Shown: piece by piece, positions 18,879-29,204 of the stretch
Layout of the letters: each line of letters starts with the position of its first letter
Position numbering within the stretch: the stretch's first letter is position 1
From: an uncultured Acidimicrobiia bacterium
Lineage (GTDB): Bacteria > Actinomycetota > Acidimicrobiia > Acidimicrobiales > AC-14
DNA length: 64,000 nt
Reading direction: 5' to 3'
NCBI GenBank assembly: GCA_963836205.1
Contig: CAWIIV010000017.1
Span: 96,001 to 160,000 of the forward strand
Program-made: the position numbers and the translations under genes
Notes under the pieces: generated by a model
Told to the model about the DNA's origin: nothing
What the model saw: the letters and a program-made list of their open reading frames with translations, nothing else
The model's database searches: none

Positions 18879-21064
18879 CCGACCCTTTCAGCATCGACCG
18901 GCAACGTGGGGAAGTCGACATCGATGGGGAGCGGCCAGCGCCCCACGTCGGGGGGAGCGCTCTTCACGTCGGACGGGGGCCCAGGTCGGTCGTCGTCATT
19001 CGCGCCGGAACCGGCAGGGGCTGCCGCCTGCACGGCCACCCGGGCTCGCAGCTCCTTGAGCTCGGCGGCCAGGGCGGTCAGTCGGTCCTCGAGCCGTGCC
19101 ATCGCGCCGCCAACACCGGCGGCGGCCCCCGATCGTTCGTCGCGCCGAACCTCGGCCGGCGGGACGACCGCCGGGGGCGCCTGGCGCTCGAGCACCTCGG
19201 CCCACGCCGCCAGCGCACCGTCCCGATCAGGCCCGTCCAGGGCGATGAGGTCGGGAGCGGGGAACGTCACCGAGCTGTGGGCGTCGACACTGGCCACCAC
19301 CCGGCTGGCCAGCGCGTGGCGGGCGGTCAGGATGGCGGCCGCGCCCGGGCCGGCGGCCAACATGGCCGTGACGGCTTCGGCGGCGCTGGTAGAGGTGACC
19401 GTACGACCCGGCTCGAGGTCGCCGACGTTGAAGAAGGCCAGCCCGTAGGAGGTCGCGGGACGGCCCGGCCAGGGTGCGAACAGGGCCGCCAGGCGCCGGT
19501 CCGCACCGCACTCGGCCAGCAGGCGAACAGACGCGAGCAACGCAGGATTGGCGGCCACGTCACCGCCCGCCAGCTCGGCCAGCTTCTCCCACGCCACCGC
19601 CGCGGCCTGCTTGACCTCGCGGTGTCGCCGTGGGCGACTGCCAGCCGGTACCGTCCCGGCGGGCCTGTGACCTTTGTCGCCGCCGACCAGCACGAACTGC
19701 GGCACGTCGGGGAGGTCGACCGGCACGGTGCGCACGACGGCCGTCCTGGCCACCACTGGCGAGCCGGCCTCGGCCTCTCGTTGCGTCTTCGCCCAGGACT
19801 TTCGCCCGGTCAGGATCCGGAAGAACCCTCCCCACACGCACGCGAACGACAGGTAGTTCATGACCACCACCGCGTGGCTGAACAGCATGGCCCGGGACAC
19901 GCCGATCTCGTGGTCCCGCCGGTGGTAGATGGCGCCGCTGATGATGGCGGGGAAGAAGGAGAGGAGGTACCAGAAGCCGAGCGAGATGGGGACGCCCAGC
20001 AGGTCCGATGCCGGCAGGAAGGTGGCGGTCTGGTTCGTGACCATCCCCCAGACGCAGACGTGGAAGAGGATCGCCCACGGGAGGTCGAGGATCCATGGGC
20101 AGAGCAGGTAGGAGATGAGCTCCAGAGCTCTCAGGTGAGGGAGGTCCGGCGTCCTCCAGATCTCCCGGATGTGCGAACCAGCGGTCATGTGGCCCTGGTA
20201 CCAGCGGGTGCGCTGACGCACGAGCCGCCGTACCGACGCCACCGCCTGCTGGTCGACGGCGGCACCGGGCGCCGACGTGGCGACCCAGCCCTTGATCGCC
20301 AGGCGCAGCCCGAGGTCGAGATCCTCGGTCAGGGAGTCGCTCCAGGGCTCGTCACCCAACGACCCGAGGGCGGACAGGCGGGTGAACTGGCCGTTGCCGC
20401 CGAGGGACACCGAGCCGGTCGCGACCCTCCCGAACTGCGTGACGGCCGCCAGGGACCAGAAGAGGTAGTCCTGGTACTGGGTGAGGAAGTGGTCGCGGTT
20501 GCGGATGCGGACGGCGAGCTGGGCCGCGCCGACGCGGGGATCGTCGAACTTGGGCAGCACCGCGGCGAGGGCGCCGTTCGACAGGCGGCCGTCGGCGTCC
20601 ATCACGCAGACGATCACCCGCTCCGAGTCGAGGCCGCGATCGGCGGCATCGCCCACCAGCCATCGATAGGCGGCGTTGAGAGCTGCGCCCTTGCCCTGGC
20701 GGGCGTTCGGGAGGTCCCGGCGCAACACGGTCGTGCCGGCGCCGCCGGCATCGAGGGCCAGGGTGCCGGTGTCGTCGTCGCTGCCGTCGTCGACCACGAT
20801 CAGGTGCGAGCTGGCGCCGCCCGCGAGGCCGCTCACGGTCCGAGCGATCACCGCCGACTCGTTGAGGGCGGGGACGACGATGTACACGAACCAGCCCGGC
20901 GGGGGAGCCGGGACATGGGGGTCGCCGAACCCGAGGCGAGCCTGGTCACCGAGGCTCGCCCCCTCTCGGTGGAGCTGGCGCCATCCGGCTACCAGCTCCC
21001 ATCCCAGGTACAGAGCGGAGAGCACGATGATGACCGAAGCCAGCAACATGGCGAACCGCATCAT
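18875..21064 (-). CDS. Processive GT2 glycosyltransferase with long C-terminal extension
   Basis: PALNE, DDGSDD, GKGAALN, DAD, TEDLD, QRTRW, TMs, W.KT.R. Confidence 0.92.
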   Translation of the reverse strand: MMRFAMLLASVIIVLSALYLGWELVAGWRQLHREGASLGDQARLGFGDPHVPAPPPGWFVYIVVPALNESAVIARTVSGLAGGASSHLIVVDDGSDDDTGTLALDAGGAGTTVLRRDLPNARQGKGAALNAAYRWLVGDAADRGLDSERVIVCVMDADGRLSNGALAAVLPKFDDPRVGAAQLAVRIRNRDHFLTQYQDYLFWSLAAVTQFGRVATGSVSLGGNGQFTRLSALGSLGDEPWSDSLTEDLDLGLRLAIKGWVATSAPGAAVDQQAVASVRRLVRQRTRWYQGHMTAGSHIREIWRTPDLPHLRALELISYLLCPWILDLPWAILFHVCVWGMVTNQTATFLPASDLLGVPISLGFWYLLSFFPAIISGAIYHRRDHEIGVSRAMLFSHAVVVMNYLSFACVWGGFFRILTGRKSWAKTQREAEAGSPVVARTAVVRTVPVDLPDVPQFVLVGGDKGHRPAGTVPAGSRPRRHREVKQAAAVAWEKLAELAGGDVAANPALLASVRLLAECGADRRLAALFAPWPGRPATSYGLAFFNVGDLEPGRTVTSTSAAEAVTAMLAAGPGAAAILTARHALASRVVASVDAHSSVTFPAPDLIALDGPDRDGALAAWAEVLERQAPPAVVPPAEVRRDERSGAAAGVGGAMARLEDRLTALAAELKELRARVAVQAAAPAGSGANDDDRPGPPSDVKSAPPDVGRWPLPIDVDFPTLPVDAERVG

Positions 21065-21088
21065 GGGACTGTCGATTCCTTCTGATCG

Positions 21089-21268
21089 TCAGTCGTCGGG
21101 CAGGCCGGCCCGCCGCTGGGAGGCAGCCCGGAGGAGCACGAAGCCGCCGATGACCATCAGCGAGGCCAAGACGACGGCGAGAGCGGTCGAGAAGCCGGTC
21201 GTTGCGAGGGTTCCTCCAGCCACGCCCAGTCCGCCTAAGACGGCTGCGCGCGATCCCGGGTCATACAC
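21089..21268 (-). CDS. 59-aa peptide with LAxTG motif, TM helix and basic tail (absent from ORF track)
   Basis: GAGGAG RBS, GTG start; MYDPGSRAAVLGGLGVAGGTLATTGFSTALAVVLASLMVIGGFVLLRAASQRRAGLPDD. Confidence 0.85.
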   Translation of the reverse strand: MYDPGSRAAVLGGLGVAGGTLATTGFSTALAVVLASLMVIGGFVLLRAASQRRAGLPDD

Positions 21269-21371
21269 GTATCTCCTCGCTCGTTGCTCGTAGGTTGGTG
21301 TGGGCTTCGACCACGTCGACCGGAGGAGCGCCTAGGGCAGTCCTCCGGTCGACGTGCACGCTGAGGGTTTC

Positions 21372-23628
21372 TCAGGCGTCGGCCGGTGTTGCCTTGCGCC
21401 TGCGGCCCACCACCATCAGGGCGACCAGCCCGGCGATGCCCGCTGCACCGCCGAGGACGGCGACGTTGGCCAGTGGGACTCCGGCGGTGGGCGTGAAGCT
21501 GTAGAACACCGACCCGACCTGCCACCCGTCGGAGAGCACCGAGGGGTTCCAGGTCCGAGCCGAGCAGTCCTGGCCCGGCGTGCTGCTGGTGGCCTCGGGC
21601 CAGACCAGGAACTTGTAGTAGCCGGGCGAGTCACCGGCAGCGGCGAAGTCCACCGCCGGGAGCTCGATCTCGTTGAAGCCGGTGTTGTGGTGGTCGGTGA
21701 CGGCTACCGCCACTGGCGCCGGGGTGAGGGCCGACGGCGAGCCGTCCTCGTGCACGAACTGGTAGAAGGCCTGGGTGGTGATGCCGCAGTCGGTGTCGGG
21801 GTTCGGGTTGTCGGCGTCGATCAGGAACTTGTTGGCCGGGACCTGTCCGGTGTTGGTGATGACACCGAAGCCGTCCTGGCTGTTGCCGTCCGGGCTGCCC
21901 CAGGCGTTGTCCCATGGGAGCCGGGCGACCGGGCGACCGGTTCCGCTGCAGACCCCGAAGCTCCACGTCTCGACCGGGAGGGGGAACTGGAAGCTCCCCG
22001 CCGGGACGTTGACTTCCGCCCGGAGGTTGAAGTCCTTCTCCGGGCACTGGACGCTGTCCATCGCACCGTCCCCTCGCATGGTGATGGCAACCAGGTCGTC
22101 GGCGCCGTGGTGCTCGACTTCGACGACTTGGAACTGCTGGTCGACGCCGGGGCCTGCGACCGGGATGGCCGTGTGGTTGAAGTCGCCGTTGCCGTCGTAG
22201 TCGTACCTGATGGTGGTCGGGAGCTGGCCCGCAGGCACCCGGACGATGAAATCGGCCCGGAACTCGCTGTCGAAGCCATCGGTGCGGAAGGCGTAGCCGA
22301 GAACCCGCTCGAGCCTGGGCGACGCCAGGGGCACGGTGGCGATAGCCAGGTTGTGGTACATGCCGGCCGAGATCTCCGAGACGACGGTGCCGGCTGATCA
22401 CCGCGGCTGGGCCGATCAGCGTCTTGGGATAGACGCCTCCCACGGTGTTGTTGCCGTTCTGGCCATTGCCGTTGTAGCCACAGGTGAAGACCTGACCGCC
22501 GGTGGTCAGCAAGGTGGTGCTGACCTCGCCACCGTCGGCCTGATGGAACTCGGTGCCTGCCGGCGGGTTGACCAGCACGGGTGTGTGCACCTCGATCACG
22601 CTGTTGTTGCAGAGCTGGCCGTAGTCGTTGAAGCCGGTGGACAGCAGCTTGTTCTCACTGGTGACAGCCAGCGAGTGGTACTCGCCCGCCGCGATCGAAG
22701 CGACGGTGTCGCCCGCCAGCTTGTTGGACAGGTCCATGGTGACCGGTTGGTGTCGTTCGATGTTGGTCGTATCGCCCAGCTCCCCGCTGAGGTTCCGCCC
22801 CCAGCCCCAGACGACACCGGTGCTCGTCAGGGCAAGGCTGTGGAAGCCCTTGGCCGCGACGGAGTGGGCCGTCCCGGGCGGGATGTTGGGGACGAGTGTC
22901 GGCGTCGCCTTGTCGCCGGCCACAGTGCTGCCGACCTGACCGTTGGCGTTCCAGCCCCAGGCGTAGACGTTGTTGTCATTCCCGAGCGCAAGCGTGTGGT
23001 GGTCGCCACCGGCGATGGCAACCGCGAGAACCCCGCCCGGAAGCAGTGGGAGGAGCTCCGGGACCAGCTTCGGGCCGCCGACGGTGCCGTCTCCGATCTG
23101 GCCCACGTTGTTGTCGCCCCAGCCCAGGATCCGGCCCCCGGCGGTGAGGGCGTGGCTGCCACGCTCATGGGCGACCACGTCGATGACCGAGTCTCCGACC
23201 GGCAGGGCGCTGAGGTCGACGAAGTCAGGCACGATTCGCTGGAGGCCGTCGGCCTGGCCCAGATTGCCGGTGATCGGACATCCCCAGCTGATGATGCGGT
23301 TGTCGTCGGTGATGGCCAGGTAGTGCTCGAAGTCGCCGGCGTCGACCTTCGTCACGTGGACACCCTCGGGCAGCAGGATGTCGGTGGGGACATAGCGGTC
23401 GGTGTTCGTCCCGTCGCCGATGCGGAAGCAAACCTGGAAACCCCAGGCCAGCAGGGTGCCGGGCCCGCTGGTCGTGCCGGCCGATGCAGGCGGCGACGAC
23501 ACGATCGCACTGAGCAACGCGCCCACCAGGGCGGCAGCTGCCACGACGCGCGGAAGCCGTGTGCGGTCGCGGAGCTGCCAGCGGCGGCTCGGAGAAGAAG
23601 CGCTCACCTTCGATGTCCTCTCGTTCAC
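21372..23628 (-). CDS. Secreted RCC1-repeat surface protein with C-terminal VP-TM-RRR sorting tail; one frameshift near 22392
   Basis: Signal peptide (..PASA), repeated HxLAL...WGxNxxGQ.G units; last repeat continues in another frame (GTVVSEISAGMYHNLA); ends GVPLANVAVLGG...VGRRRK. Confidence 0.85.
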
Positions 23629-23916
23629 GCCCAGGGGCGTTAGGCCAGGTCGGCCCGTTGTGGTTGTCGCTCAGACTTGGAGGCAGCGGTGCCAGCAAGG
23701 TTGATTTCGGCCGATGGTCTCAACCGCATGGCGCGGGACCCTCACCAAGGCCTTCCCGGGCGGGAAGCCCCGGCGTCCCCGATGCGGCACGCTTACCGTG
23801 GCATCCTGTACCAGACTGTCATCATTCGCCGAACGACCGCTGTTAACGTGCTCGAACGAGCGCCGCCCCAGCAGTGGGTGTGGCGCATTCTCGGCTGATC
23901 GTCGAAGGCCAAACGC

Positions 23917-24705
23917 ATGCCGTCGAAACCATCAAAGCGGTCCGTGGAGCCAGCGGACCGAGCCTCGACCGTGACATTGGGCGTGCTGGGGCCGATCGTG
24001 ATGGCCAACGGAGGCGGGCCCATCGCCCTTCAGGGCCAGATTCGGGGCCTCCTCGCCTGGCTGAGCATGTACCGGCGCGACGGCATTCACGCCGACCAGC
24101 TGGCCGACCTCCTCTGGGGTGAGCAGATGCCTCAGCGACCCGCCCAGCAACTCCAGATCATGATCGGCCGCCTGTCCCGGACGCTCGGGGAACCGGTGGT
24201 GGGGATCTCGGGGGGTCGGGCGCGGCTCCTGATCGACCCGGCCGTCATTGATGCCCGCCGGTTTGACGCACTCCTGGCCACTCAGACCGGTGCGCGGGAG
24301 TCGGTGCTGGTGCAGGCCATCGGTCTGTGGCGGGGAAGGCCCTACCCCGACATCTCCGGCCATGTGCACGCGCTCGGTGAGGTCGCCCGCCTCGAGCAAC
24401 TGCATCTGGGTGCGCTCGAGGAGCTGTACGCGTTGCGGCTGGCCGGAGCGGCGCCCGTCGTCGATGTCGTGGCCGATCTCACGATGCTCACCGCGGTGCA
24501 TCCGGACCATGGCCGCCTCTGGCAGCTGCTGGCCCTCGGACTGGCGAAGGGAGGACGCCGAGTCGAGGCCCTGCGAGTCCTGAACGAGCTCCGGGCTCTG
24601 GGCCGGCGAGATCCATGGATGCTGGCAACAGAGTCGGCAATTCAGGCCGACGACGGCTCCGCCCTGGACCAGCAACTGCGGACGCTTCGCCAAACGCCCC
24701 ACTGA
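23917..24705 (+). CDS. Small SARP/BTAD transcriptional regulator
   Basis: LGVLGP, LADLLWG, IDARRF, LWRGRPY, GRRVEAL; start may be GTG 23971. Confidence 0.85.
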   Translation: MPSKPSKRSVEPADRASTVTLGVLGPIVMANGGGPIALQGQIRGLLAWLSMYRRDGIHADQLADLLWGEQMPQRPAQQLQIMIGRLSRTLGEPVVGISGGRARLLIDPAVIDARRFDALLATQTGARESVLVQAIGLWRGRPYPDISGHVHALGEVARLEQLHLGALEELYALRLAGAAPVVDVVADLTMLTAVHPDHGRLWQLLALGLAKGGRRVEALRVLNELRALGRRDPWMLATESAIQADDGSALDQQLRTLRQTPH

Positions 24706-24933
24706 CACGCCCGAGTGGGCGGCGTCGAGCCCGGGCGGCCGCGGGTTTGACGAGTGCGGCTCATGCCCGGGTCCGACGCTGTCACGGGCCTTGCGTGGCC
24801 TCGGAGGGAGCGCAGGCACTCCCGGAGTCATCGACGCCGCCGTGCTCCGGGCGGTGCCGACATTCCAGATTTTGGGTCGTTCGGCTCATTCCGGGGCAGC
24901 TCCTCTCCAGCGTGGACGCAATACGGCCGATAG

Positions 24934-25956
24934 TTGGGTGTGACCGCGACCCGTCGAGCACCGTTCAGGCCCGGCGCGAGCCGTCGAGCACTGATCGCCG
25001 TGCTCGTCGGGCTCACGCTTCTGACCGGCCAGGCGACATCGGCCGAAGCCCTCCTCCGGCCTCTGCCGATGTTCGTGCAGGTGGCGACCCTGGGTCCGAC
25101 CTACTCGCCAGCAGAGGTGCGGTCGTGGATGGGACGGATCTGTCGGGGTCGCGAGGTGGTCCTCCAGGACGTGGCCGGCCAGGACGGACGGCTGTTCGAG
25201 GCGTACCTCGACGTCATCGCGCCCTACCTGCCCGGCGGGTCCAAGGCGTGTTTCAGCCGGGTGTTCGTGGGCACCGTCGATCTGGCCTGGGCCGGCGCCG
25301 GATCGAAGTACGTCGAAGGGGTTCAGGACGCCGCCTTCCAGCAGCGGTACCTGTCGATGTCGGACACGGCAGCCCGAGCCTTCGTGGCCCGGTACCCCCG
25401 GCTGAAGTTCGACTGGTACCTGACCTACGAGGCCAACCTGAACCAGTTCTACTACCCGGCGGTACACCAGGCATACACGTCGATGGTCACCGCCGAGATG
25501 AAGAACCTCCGCTCGATTCGCCGGGGAGCCGTCATGTGGTCACCGGTCTTCGCGTTCCCCTATTCGGCTTACAGCGGGAACCTGGCAGGGATGACCCAGC
25601 TGCGGGCAAACCTCGTCGACTTCTTCGCGACCTTGGCCCGAGAAGCCGGCGGCCTGCAGATCCTCGACCTGCAGGACTACGTGGCGGGCTCCGCCTGCCA
25701 GCCGGACTGGGACCGCACGAGCCCGCAGGACGCCGTCGGTTGGGTCAACTTCCTGCTCGGCCTCCAGCAGATCAAGACGGTCGAGCTCAACGTCGAGCAG
25801 TACGCGTTCAACTGCGCGACCGGCACCATCGGTCCTGGTAGCGCCACCGAACTGGCCGCTCGAACCTCGTTCTACAACAGCCAGCGCATCCGACTCGGCC
25901 CCGCTTTCGAGGTTCGCTACTGGATGCAGGTGCACGGGCTGTCCCTTTTCGCCTGA
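24934..25956 (+). CDS. Secreted protein, possibly glycoside-hydrolase-like TIM barrel (DUF4434-like)
   Basis: Signal peptide ending AEA; WYLTYE, WSP, LQD, NVE spacing resembles DUF4434. Confidence 0.55.
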   Translation: MGVTATRRAPFRPGASRRALIAVLVGLTLLTGQATSAEALLRPLPMFVQVATLGPTYSPAEVRSWMGRICRGREVVLQDVAGQDGRLFEAYLDVIAPYLPGGSKACFSRVFVGTVDLAWAGAGSKYVEGVQDAAFQQRYLSMSDTAARAFVARYPRLKFDWYLTYEANLNQFYYPAVHQAYTSMVTAEMKNLRSIRRGAVMWSPVFAFPYSAYSGNLAGMTQLRANLVDFFATLAREAGGLQILDLQDYVAGSACQPDWDRTSPQDAVGWVNFLLGLQQIKTVELNVEQYAFNCATGTIGPGSATELAARTSFYNSQRIRLGPAFEVRYWMQVHGLSLFA

Positions 25957-25981
25957 CCGCGGCTCGGGGCCGCGGCGCCCC

Positions 25982-26126
25982 TCACGGGACGACTTCGGCG
26001 ACCTTGATGGACGCGGGGGTGGGCGGGCACGGGTTCGCCGGCGGGGCGGCGGGCAGGGAGACGGTGACGTCGAGGCCGCCGTCGGGGCGGGCGGTGGCCT
26101 TGACCTCGCCCCCGTGGGCCTTGGCC
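25982..26126 (-). CDS. Sensor histidine kinase, exon 2 (3' of group II intron)
   Basis: AKAHGGEVKATARPDGGLDVTVSLP...stop; completes the HATPase domain. Confidence 0.9.
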
Positions 26127-28083
26127 ATTGGTAGTCAGGGGCGCGTTGCCGGCAAGGCCAGCACGTTTCCCCATCCCCCTTTCAATCCGTACGTGCGGTT
26201 TTCCCGCATACGGCTTTCCGACGATCTTCTGGACATGGTTACGACGCCTTCGGGTAGCGAATGGTGCCCATGAGCTGATGCAGGCCCTGGCCGTGGAACC
26301 AGGTGCGGGTCCAGCAGTCTGCCTGGCCTGCCCGTAGGTTGCGGCCCCGCTTCTTGATGAGCAAGCGCTTGAGCCGCCACACGACGTGTCGGTCGAGGGA
26401 GACGAACTTATTCGCCGCGTTGCCGGTGCGGAAGTAGTTGCCCCACCCCCGCAGGAACAGGTTGAGGTCGTAGATCACGTCCTCCAACTCCATGCCGACC
26501 CGGTTCCGGCCGGTGAGGGCCTTGACCCGCTGTCGTGCCCGCTTCATCGACCGCTGCGACGGCCAGCGGTGGAGGTAGTAGCGGATGACCCGCTGCTGTT
26601 CCCACAACCGGCCCGACATGCGGGCGTGAAGATGACAACCCAGGAAGTCGAAGCCCTCCTTGCCCTCCCGGAGGTCGACCACACGGGTCTTGTCCGGGTG
26701 CAGGCTCAGGCCGAGATCACCCAGCAGGGCCGCCGCCCTGGCCTGGGCCGTCTCGGCCTGGCTGCGGGTCGTGCACAGCACCACGAAGTCGTCCGCGTAA
26801 CGGACGAGCTCGCCGGTGCCGGACTCGGCCCAGGACCGGTCGAAGGCGTGCAGGTAGATGTTGGCCAGCAGCGGGGAGATGACCCCGCCCTGGGGCGTGC
26901 CCGTGACCGTCTCGGAGCGCACCCCCTCGACCAGCACCCCGGCACGCAGCCACTGGCGGATGAGCTTGAGCACCCGCCGGTCCGACACGCGCTCGCCGAC
27001 CAGTGACAGCAGCCTGTCGTGGTCGATCTGGCCGAAGAAGTCGCGGATGTCGGCCTCGAAGACGAACTGCCGTCCTCGGGGGAAGGACACCCGGATGGCT
27101 TCCAGGGCGTCGGTGGCCGACCGCTTCGGGCGGAACCCGAAGCTCTGGGGCAGGAAATCGGCCTCGAAGATGGGTTCGAGGACGATCTTGGCTGCCGCCT
27201 GGCACACCCGGTCGCGCACGGTGGGGATGCCCAGGGGCCGCATCCGGCCGTCGGGCTTGGGGATCTCCACCCGCCGAACAGGCGACGGGCGGTAGGTGCC
27301 TGCACGGAGGTCACGGGAAAGCTCGTCGAGCACGCGCCCGACCCCGTAGTCCTCCACCGCCTCCAGGGTCAGTCGATCGACCCCGGCGGCGCCACGATTG
27401 GCTCGCACCCGCTCCCACGCCGTCCACAGCACGTCACTGCGGTGGATTCGGTCGAACAGGGCGTGGAAGCGGCGACCCGGAGACTGCTTGGCCGCAGCCC
27501 ATAGCCGGTTCTGGAGTTTTCGCACGTTGTCGGTGGGCGGCTGCCCGCCGGGGGAGTTGGGCCGGGCGTTCCCGGCCATGCCCTGGCGCTTACTTCCGTC
27601 TCCGGCGTGACCGAAGTCGGGGCCCTTCCCTCCCGCCGGGTTCATCCCGGCGATCAGCGGTACTACGACCCCGTCGGACTCCCGCTGCGCTCCGCTCGAT
27701 TTCACCACTGGCTTATACGAGCGGTCTTTGCTGACGAGGCTGCGCAGACGGGTCTCTCCTGTTCCGAACCTGACCGTGCGTACGTGCCGCTCCCCGTACC
27801 CCGAGGGGACCCGACCAGGGGCGTGTCCGGAACGCCAGTCGGTCGGACGTGGCCTTCGCCGTGACATGAGCGGCTCGGCTCCCCCGTTGTGCGTTTGACG
27901 AGGCTGCAGGACTCGCGCCTGGTGGCACTACGGCCCGCACGCTTGCTCCCTCCAAAGAGGCTCTTGACGCCCCGCTCAGCCCGCCGCCTCTCGGCGACGA
28001 ACCGGGGCCTGCTACCGGGCTCTCCGGCGATTACCCGGGCGGGACTCGCACCCGCTGGTCTGGTCCAGTTCTCAGGACGCAAC
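26127..28083 (-). mobile_element. Group II intron, full length (~1957 nt)
   Basis: 5' end (G)TTGCG; domain V AGCCGTATGCGGGAAAACCGCACGTACGG; domain VI hairpin and 3' ACCAAT; encodes RT; removal restores the host frame. Confidence 0.93.
26239..27579 (-). CDS. ltrA: Group II intron reverse transcriptase/maturase without endonuclease domain
   Basis: GAAGVD, RPLGIPTVRDR, GFRP, GTPQGGVISPLLANIYL, YADD, FDFLG, GWGNYF; start uncertain. Confidence 0.95.
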   Translation of the reverse strand: MAGNARPNSPGGQPPTDNVRKLQNRLWAAAKQSPGRRFHALFDRIHRSDVLWTAWERVRANRGAAGVDRLTLEAVEDYGVGRVLDELSRDLRAGTYRPSPVRRVEIPKPDGRMRPLGIPTVRDRVCQAAAKIVLEPIFEADFLPQSFGFRPKRSATDALEAIRVSFPRGRQFVFEADIRDFFGQIDHDRLLSLVGERVSDRRVLKLIRQWLRAGVLVEGVRSETVTGTPQGGVISPLLANIYLHAFDRSWAESGTGELVRYADDFVVLCTTRSQAETAQARAAALLGDLGLSLHPDKTRVVDLREGKEGFDFLGCHLHARMSGRLWEQQRVIRYYLHRWPSQRSMKRARQRVKALTGRNRVGMELEDVIYDLNLFLRGWGNYFRTGNAANKFVSLDRHVVWRLKRLLIKKRGRNLRAGQADCWTRTWFHGQGLHQLMGTIRYPKAS

Positions 28084-29204
28084 ACGGCGCGGACGATAGA
28101 CAGGCCGAGGCCGGCGCCACGGATCGAATCGACTCGGTCGGGAGACAGCCGGCGGAAGGGCTCGAACAGGCCGGCGACCTGGTCGACAGGGACTACAGGG
28201 CCGGAATTCGTCACCCACACCCGTCCGCCGGGGCCGGTCTCGACCGACAGCCACCCGCCGGCGATGTTGTGGCGCACGGCGTTCTGCACCAGGTTCCCGA
28301 CCAGCCGTTCGACGAGGACCCGGCTGCCGGTGACGGTGGCCGGCGCCAGCCGGCGCTCCACCCGCAGGCCCGCGGCGGCCGCCTCCGCCGCCGATTGGTC
28401 GAGGGCGAGGGTGGCGGCGCCGGCGAGGTCGACCGGCTCCCGGGGGATGTCGCCCTGCTCGCTGCGGGCCAGGACGAGCAGGCCGTCGATGAGGCGCTCG
28501 CTGCGGTCGACCGCGTCCCGGAGGGCGGCGGCCATCACCCGCAGGTCGTCGGGGGACGTGTCGGGGTCGGCCAGGGCGACGTCGACCAGGGTCCGTTGGA
28601 TGGCCAGGGGGGTGCGCAGCTCGTGGGACGCGTTGGCCACGAACCGGCGTTGGCTCTCGAAGGCCGACTCCAGTCGAGCGAGCATGGCGTCGAAGGTGTC
28701 GGCCAGCTCCTTGAGCTCGTCGTTGGGACCGCCCAGGGCCAGCCGCTCGTGGAGGTTGTCCTGCGACAGCTTGCGGGCGGTGGCGGTGACCCGGGAGAGG
28801 GGCGCCAGCGCCCGGCCGGCCACCGCCCAGCCGAGGCCGACCGACGCCAGCGCCATCAGCCCCAGGGCCACGATCGACTGCACCACCAGCTCGTGGAGGG
28901 CGGTGTCGGCCAGCCGGGCCTGGTAGGCGACGAGGACGTCCTCGATGGGCCGGCCGTCGCTGGTGACGAGCTGGGGCGCGGGGCGGACGAACTGGACGTT
29001 GTTGTCGGGCAGGAACGTGGCCGTTCCCGACATCGGAGCGTCGACCGTCACCCCGATGGGTCCCGACTGGCGCTCGAGGCCTCGCCGGACCAGGGCGTAG
29101 TTGAGGGTGAGCAGCACCGCCCCCGCGGCCAGGAACAGGCCGCCGTAGAGCAGGGTGAGGCGCAGGCGGATGGTGGGCTGGAAGCTCACGGCGGCCCCGG
29201 TCAC
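28084..29204 (-). CDS. Sensor histidine kinase (HAMP-HisKA-HATPase, CutS-like), exon 1
   Basis: IRLRLTLLY, DELKELADTFD, FVANASHELRTPL, NLVQNAVRHN, GAGLGLSIVRAV. Confidence 0.93.

Noticed and set aside
23830-23863. SARP binding direct repeats (CGAACGA x2)
   Set aside because: Spacing of 23 bp does not fit the 11/22-bp periodicity, and there are only two copies
26239-27867. Retron, DGR or defence-associated RT
   Set aside because: Domains V/VI, the maturase region and clean exon rejoining identify a group II intron; the ORF-track start at 27867 lies in intron RNA structure
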